This document shows positions 61,183-64,000 of a DNA stretch of 64,000 nucleotides, piece after piece. Under the pieces are notes generated by a model. The model had not been told where the DNA came from. It made no database searches and saw only the letters and a program-made list of their open reading frames with translations. Position 1 is the first letter of the stretch. Each line of letters begins with the position of its first letter. Location: positions 7,692-71,691 of the forward strand of contig JBKQUP010000013.1 in the NCBI GenBank assembly GCA_052325545.1, written 5' to 3'. The position numbers were made by a program, and so were the translations under genes. This DNA is from Thermoplasmata archaeon. Its GTDB lineage: Archaea; Thermoplasmatota; Thermoplasmata; Lutacidiplasmatales; UBA184.

Positions 61183-61631
61183 CCCGGGGTCTCGGGCTCC
61201 GCGCGCAGACGGACCTGGAGCAGGTGCTCGATCTTCCGGACGAGCGCGTCGGGCGGGCGGAAGCTCCCCGATTCGATCTTGAGGACGACCGACTTCTTCT
61301 CGTTCAGCTTCTTTCCGAGGACCTCCGGGGTCCACTGGCGGGCCTCCCGCGCGAGGCGGATCCGCTTGCCCCAGTCCGGAGCGAGCTCCATCTCCCCGAT
61401 CTCCTGGTAGAGGTCCCGTTCCTCGAGGCGTCGCCGAGGCCCGGAAGGGTGGGTGACGCCCATCCCCGGGCGGAACCGGGCCCCGTCGGTCGAGGACGCG
61501 GTCACGGGGGCCGGGACCGGATCGACGAGCGTGCCGAAATGGGCGCATTCCGGGCAGAGGGAGAGGATGGACCGTTCCAGGCGGACCCGGCTCGTCAGTG
61601 GAACTTCCTTGCCGCACATCTCGCAGAGCAT
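61173..61631 (-). CDS. mbf1: Archaeal multiprotein bridging factor 1 (Zn ribbon plus HTH_3/XRE domain)
   Basis: The N-terminus is MLCEMCGKEV..LCPECAHFG (C-x2-C..C-x2-C). The C-terminal HTH is GKRIRLAREARQWTPEVLGKKLNEKKSVVLKIESGSFRPPDALVRKIEHLL. Confidence 0.85.
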   Translation of the reverse strand: MLCEMCGKEVPLTSRVRLERSILSLCPECAHFGTLVDPVPAPVTASSTDGARFRPGMGVTHPSGPRRRLEERDLYQEIGEMELAPDWGKRIRLAREARQWTPEVLGKKLNEKKSVVLKIESGSFRPPDALVRKIEHLLQVRLRAEPETPGQS

Positions 61632-61640
61632 CGTCGTCTC

Positions 61641-62102
61641 CTACTTCGGTCGCGGTGGCCGAGTCCGTCGACGTTCTTCCATTCTCCGCCGGCCTTCCTC
61701 GAATCGGAGGCGCTCCTCCGCGCTCTCGATCACGAGGGGCGGCACCGGTACCGGCCGGCCCGAGGCGTCGACCGCGACCATCGTGATGAACGCTTCTCCG
61801 ACCGTGCGGGGCCTCCCGCCGTGGGCCGACTCCGCGCGGACCCGGACCCAGACCTCCATTGAGGAGGTCCCGACGTAGGTGAGCGTGGCGTCGAAGTCCA
61901 CCACGTCCCCGACGTGGACCGGGGACAGGAAGTCGACCCGGTCGAACGATGCGGTCACGCAGCTCGTCCCCGAGTGGCGGCTCGCCGCGATGTAGGCGAC
62001 CCGGTCGATCTCGGCCAGGATGCTTCCGCCGAAGACGTTCCCCGCGAGGTTGGCGTCGGTGGGGACCATGAGCCGTATGGTCGACGCACGCGACGAGCCC
62101 AC
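61641..62102 (-). CDS. Acyl-CoA thioesterase (hotdog fold, YciA/BFIT-like)
   Basis: MVPTDANLAGNVFGGSILAEIDRVAYIAA..CVTASFDRVDFLSPVHVGDVV..GTSSMEVWVRV is typical hotdog thioesterase sequence. The start is GTG 62102 or ATG 62069. The remainder of track ORF 61641..62435 is unlikely to be translated. Confidence 0.8.
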   Translation of the reverse strand: MGSSRASTIRLMVPTDANLAGNVFGGSILAEIDRVAYIAASRHSGTSCVTASFDRVDFLSPVHVGDVVDFDATLTYVGTSSMEVWVRVRAESAHGGRPRTVGEAFITMVAVDASGRPVPVPPLVIESAEERLRFEEGRRRMEERRRTRPPRPK

Positions 62103-62199
62103 CTTGGATGACCCTGGGTCCGGCACGTGCTCCGCCCCGAGAAAGACTGGGCGACAGACGGGATGGCCCTCTAAAGCGGTTTCGCCGTCCGGGACGTCC

Positions 62200-62769
62200 T
62201 CATCGTTCCGCGACCACGAACGTTCCCGACCCGAACGGCTCCCGACGCGCTCCGCGGAACCCGGCGGCCCGGACCTGCCGTTCCAGCTCGACGCCCGTGA
62301 CGAATCGGGCGGAGTGGCGTCGTAGACGTCCCTCGAAGAAGGCGACCCACCGACCCGAGAGGGTCGACCGGTCGAAGTCGTACACGACGAGCCGGCCGCC
62401 GGGAGCGAGCACTCTCGCGGCCTCCCGGAGCGCACTGTCGGCCTCAGAAAAATGATGGAACGACATGAGGGAGACCACCCGTTCGAACCGACCCTCTCCG
62501 TACGGAATTGCCTCGGCGACGCCGCTGACGAACGTCACGGGAGCGGCCGCTGCACGTCCGCGCGAGACCTTCCGACCGTCCGGCTCGAGGACGACCAGTT
62601 CCCGGGCCCCCCTTCCGAACGTCGCCGTGGCGGCCCCGGTGCCTCCGCCGAGGTCGAGGAGGCGGGTCCCTTCCGGTTCGACCAGCGAGCGCAGACGGTC
62701 GAGCAGCGCCCGGCGCGCGCGGAGCCGAAACCGATCCCGTCGCGAAGGCCGGTATCCTGCGGTCATCAC
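62200..62769 (-). CDS. Class I SAM-dependent methyltransferase
   Basis: Motif I is RLLDLGGGTGAAT, followed by FERVVSLMSFHHF and LAPGGRLVVYDF. Confidence 0.75.
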   Translation of the reverse strand: MMTAGYRPSRRDRFRLRARRALLDRLRSLVEPEGTRLLDLGGGTGAATATFGRGARELVVLEPDGRKVSRGRAAAAPVTFVSGVAEAIPYGEGRFERVVSLMSFHHFSEADSALREAARVLAPGGRLVVYDFDRSTLSGRWVAFFEGRLRRHSARFVTGVELERQVRAAGFRGARREPFGSGTFVVAER

Positions 62770-62812
62770 TGGGCTCTCGGGAATCTGAGGCGACGAGTCG
62801 GGGGCGGAGCCC

Positions 62813-63106
62813 TCAGGGGAACTCGTCGTCCCAGAACGCGCGGTGGAACCGGCGACCGACGGAGAGCCCCCAGAAGATCCACATCACGACAACGATCACC
62901 GGGACGACGATGAATGAGACCAGGACGATGGCGAGGTTCTGGTACCATGCGAACCGTCCGGCGAGGAAGGCGAGGTAGAGGATTACCCAGCAGAGCCCGC
63001 CGACGAGGAGGGCGATCGTGGCCGCGATGCGGGCCTTGACCCCTCGGAAGAAGCGGCCGGCCTCATCGGGTCCCGGGGAGAACGGCGGGTCCAACCGGGC
63101 CGTCAT
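62813..63106 (-). CDS. Small membrane protein (2 TM helices), co-transcribed with the PadR regulator
   Basis: IAATIALLVGGLCWVILYLAFL and LAIVLVSFIVVPVIVVVMWIFW are hydrophobic helices. The ATG at 63106 overlaps the PadR stop as ATGA. Confidence 0.55.
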   Translation of the reverse strand: MTARLDPPFSPGPDEAGRFFRGVKARIAATIALLVGGLCWVILYLAFLAGRFAWYQNLAIVLVSFIVVPVIVVVMWIFWGLSVGRRFHRAFWDDEFP

Positions 63107-63549
63107 GACGGCTTCCCCCGGACCGAACGGTCGACGAGGTCGTCGAGCCGCTTCGCCACGGCCTTGAGCCGGGGGACCATCGGGGCGAGGTCACCCTTCT
63201 CACCGCGACCGAGGTCCTCGAGGAAGGCGATGTACGCTTCCATCTCGGCGAGGGCGTCCTGAGGGGTCCGCGGTCCGCGGCCCATCCATCCGCGCATCCA
63301 GTCCGGTCCCCCTCGGGCCGCCTCCGTGACCTCGTACCGGCCGTCGTCGCGCTTGCGGACGAGCTTCTCGACCGTGAGCTGGTCGAGCAGAGGGTAGATC
63401 GATCCCGGGGAAGGTCGCCACCAGCCCATCGACATCCGGTCCATCTCTTCCATGATCTCGGCTCCGTTCATCGGGCCCCGCTCGAGAAGCTGAAGCACCC
63501 AGACACGAAGGCCACGATGACGCTTCGAACCCCACGCGTAGGCCCACAT
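63103..63549 (-). CDS. PadR family transcriptional regulator
   Basis: VWVLQLLERGPMNGAEIMEEM..SPGSIYPLLDQLTVEKLVRKR is a winged-helix PadR signature. Confidence 0.8.
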   Translation of the reverse strand: MWAYAWGSKRHRGLRVWVLQLLERGPMNGAEIMEEMDRMSMGWWRPSPGSIYPLLDQLTVEKLVRKRDDGRYEVTEAARGGPDWMRGWMGRGPRTPQDALAEMEAYIAFLEDLGRGEKGDLAPMVPRLKAVAKRLDDLVDRSVRGKPS

Positions 63550-63556
63550 ACTCGGA

Positions 63557-63583
63557 ATATCGATATCGTTTATTCGATATAAC
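63557..63583. promoter_or_regulatory. AT-rich promoter/operator region with nested ATATCG/CGATAT half-sites upstream of padR
   Basis: A 10-bp palindrome ATATCGATAT lies at 63557-63566. An inverted repeat ATATCG-N6-CGATAT lies at 63563-63580. On the minus strand, TTATATCG acts as a TATA-like box about 30 nt upstream of the ATG at 63549. Confidence 0.5.
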
Positions 63584-63680
63584 CCTTTCCTGGAGGGGGT
63601 CGTCGGGGCCGGAACCGTTTCATCACCCTACCGAGTCCTGAAGAGGGGGGATCCGTTTCTCCCCCACAGGAAGGTCATCG

Positions 63681-64000
63681 ATGCCGACCAAGAGCAAGAG
63701 CGCGGGACAGGGAGAGAGAGCGAGCCGGGCCAAGGGAACGCTGCCGAAGGCGCACGTAGCGACCGTGGCGGTCGTGGTCTCCGACCGGAAGAAAGCGACC
63801 GAATGGTACACGGGGAGCCTCGGTCTCGACCTCGTCGAGAGCATGGACCACTGGGTGGCGGTGGGCCGCAAGGGCAAGGGCGGACTCCTCCACCTCTGCC
63901 AGATGTCCGAGTTCGAACCGAACGCTCCGCTCGAGCCCGGGAACTCGGGGATCACGCTCCGACTGCCGGGGACCGATTTCGTCGCGGCCTGTGGAGCGCT
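63681..64000 (+). CDS. VOC/glyoxalase family protein, N-terminal part (continues past the right edge)
   Basis: MPTKSKSAGQGERASRAKGTLPKAHVATVAVVVSDRKKATEWYTGSLGLDLVESMDHWVAVG..LLHLCQ has a VOC-type beta-alpha-beta-beta-beta start. There is no stop inside the window. Confidence 0.6.
   Translation, partial: MPTKSKSAGQGERASRAKGTLPKAHVATVAVVVSDRKKATEWYTGSLGLDLVESMDHWVAVGRKGKGGLLHLCQMSEFEPNAPLEPGNSGITLRLPGTDFVAACGA

Noticed and set aside
1-64000. Mobile elements, prophage, CRISPR-Cas or known defence genes
   Set aside because: I found no integrase, transposase, terminal inverted repeats, Cas proteins, repeat-spacer arrays or recognisable defence-system signatures in any frame. The two tRNA genes are intact, with no duplicated 3' halves nearby.

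Overview
This is a visibly GC-rich stretch of archaeal chromosome, roughly two-thirds G+C by eye (not computed). It is densely packed with about 65 supportable protein genes and two tRNAs (Thr-CGU and Phe-GAA). I found no rRNA, CRISPR array, integrase or transposase.

The archaeal assignment rests on these calls: proteasome alpha subunit, membrane-bound LonB, archaeal MBF1, archaeal-type NMN adenylyltransferase, an HTH_10 (Bat-like) regulator, a thermopsin (peptidase A5)-like surface protein, and TATA-like boxes about 27-31 nt upstream of several start codons or tRNA 5' ends. The thermopsin-like domain hints at a Thermoplasmatota-like lineage, but that is only an inference.

The housekeeping and repair core includes ADP-forming acetyl-CoA synthetase (partial), AsnA, RibA, MsrA, cyclophilin, RNase HI, FolD, a cystathionine gamma-synthase-like PLP enzyme, a radical SAM protein, UvrA, UvrC, topoisomerase I, a thiolase plus DUF35 pair, and ornithine carbamoyltransferase. 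Most long ORFs antisense to these genes in the supplied track are GC-driven artefacts.

The parts most worth a second look are:
- A roughly 6 kb accessory cassette (10.5-19.1 kb) bracketed by two inverted, distantly paralogous uncharacterised genes. Each paralog is followed by an unusually long non-coding region. The cassette sits next to an HTH_10 regulator with tandem palindromes.
- A membrane protein with a C-terminal 8-Cys/2-His zinc module.
- A two-finger C2H2 protein.
- Two giant surface proteins with a C-terminal TM helix and proline-rich tails.
- A signal-peptide-less ACE-like M2 peptidase coupled to an AlkD-like gene.
- An OTC whose HCLP motif reads HDLP.
- Several small Cys-rich ORFs joined to neighbours by 4-nt start/stop overlaps.

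All homology statements come from motif recognition by eye. No database search was run.
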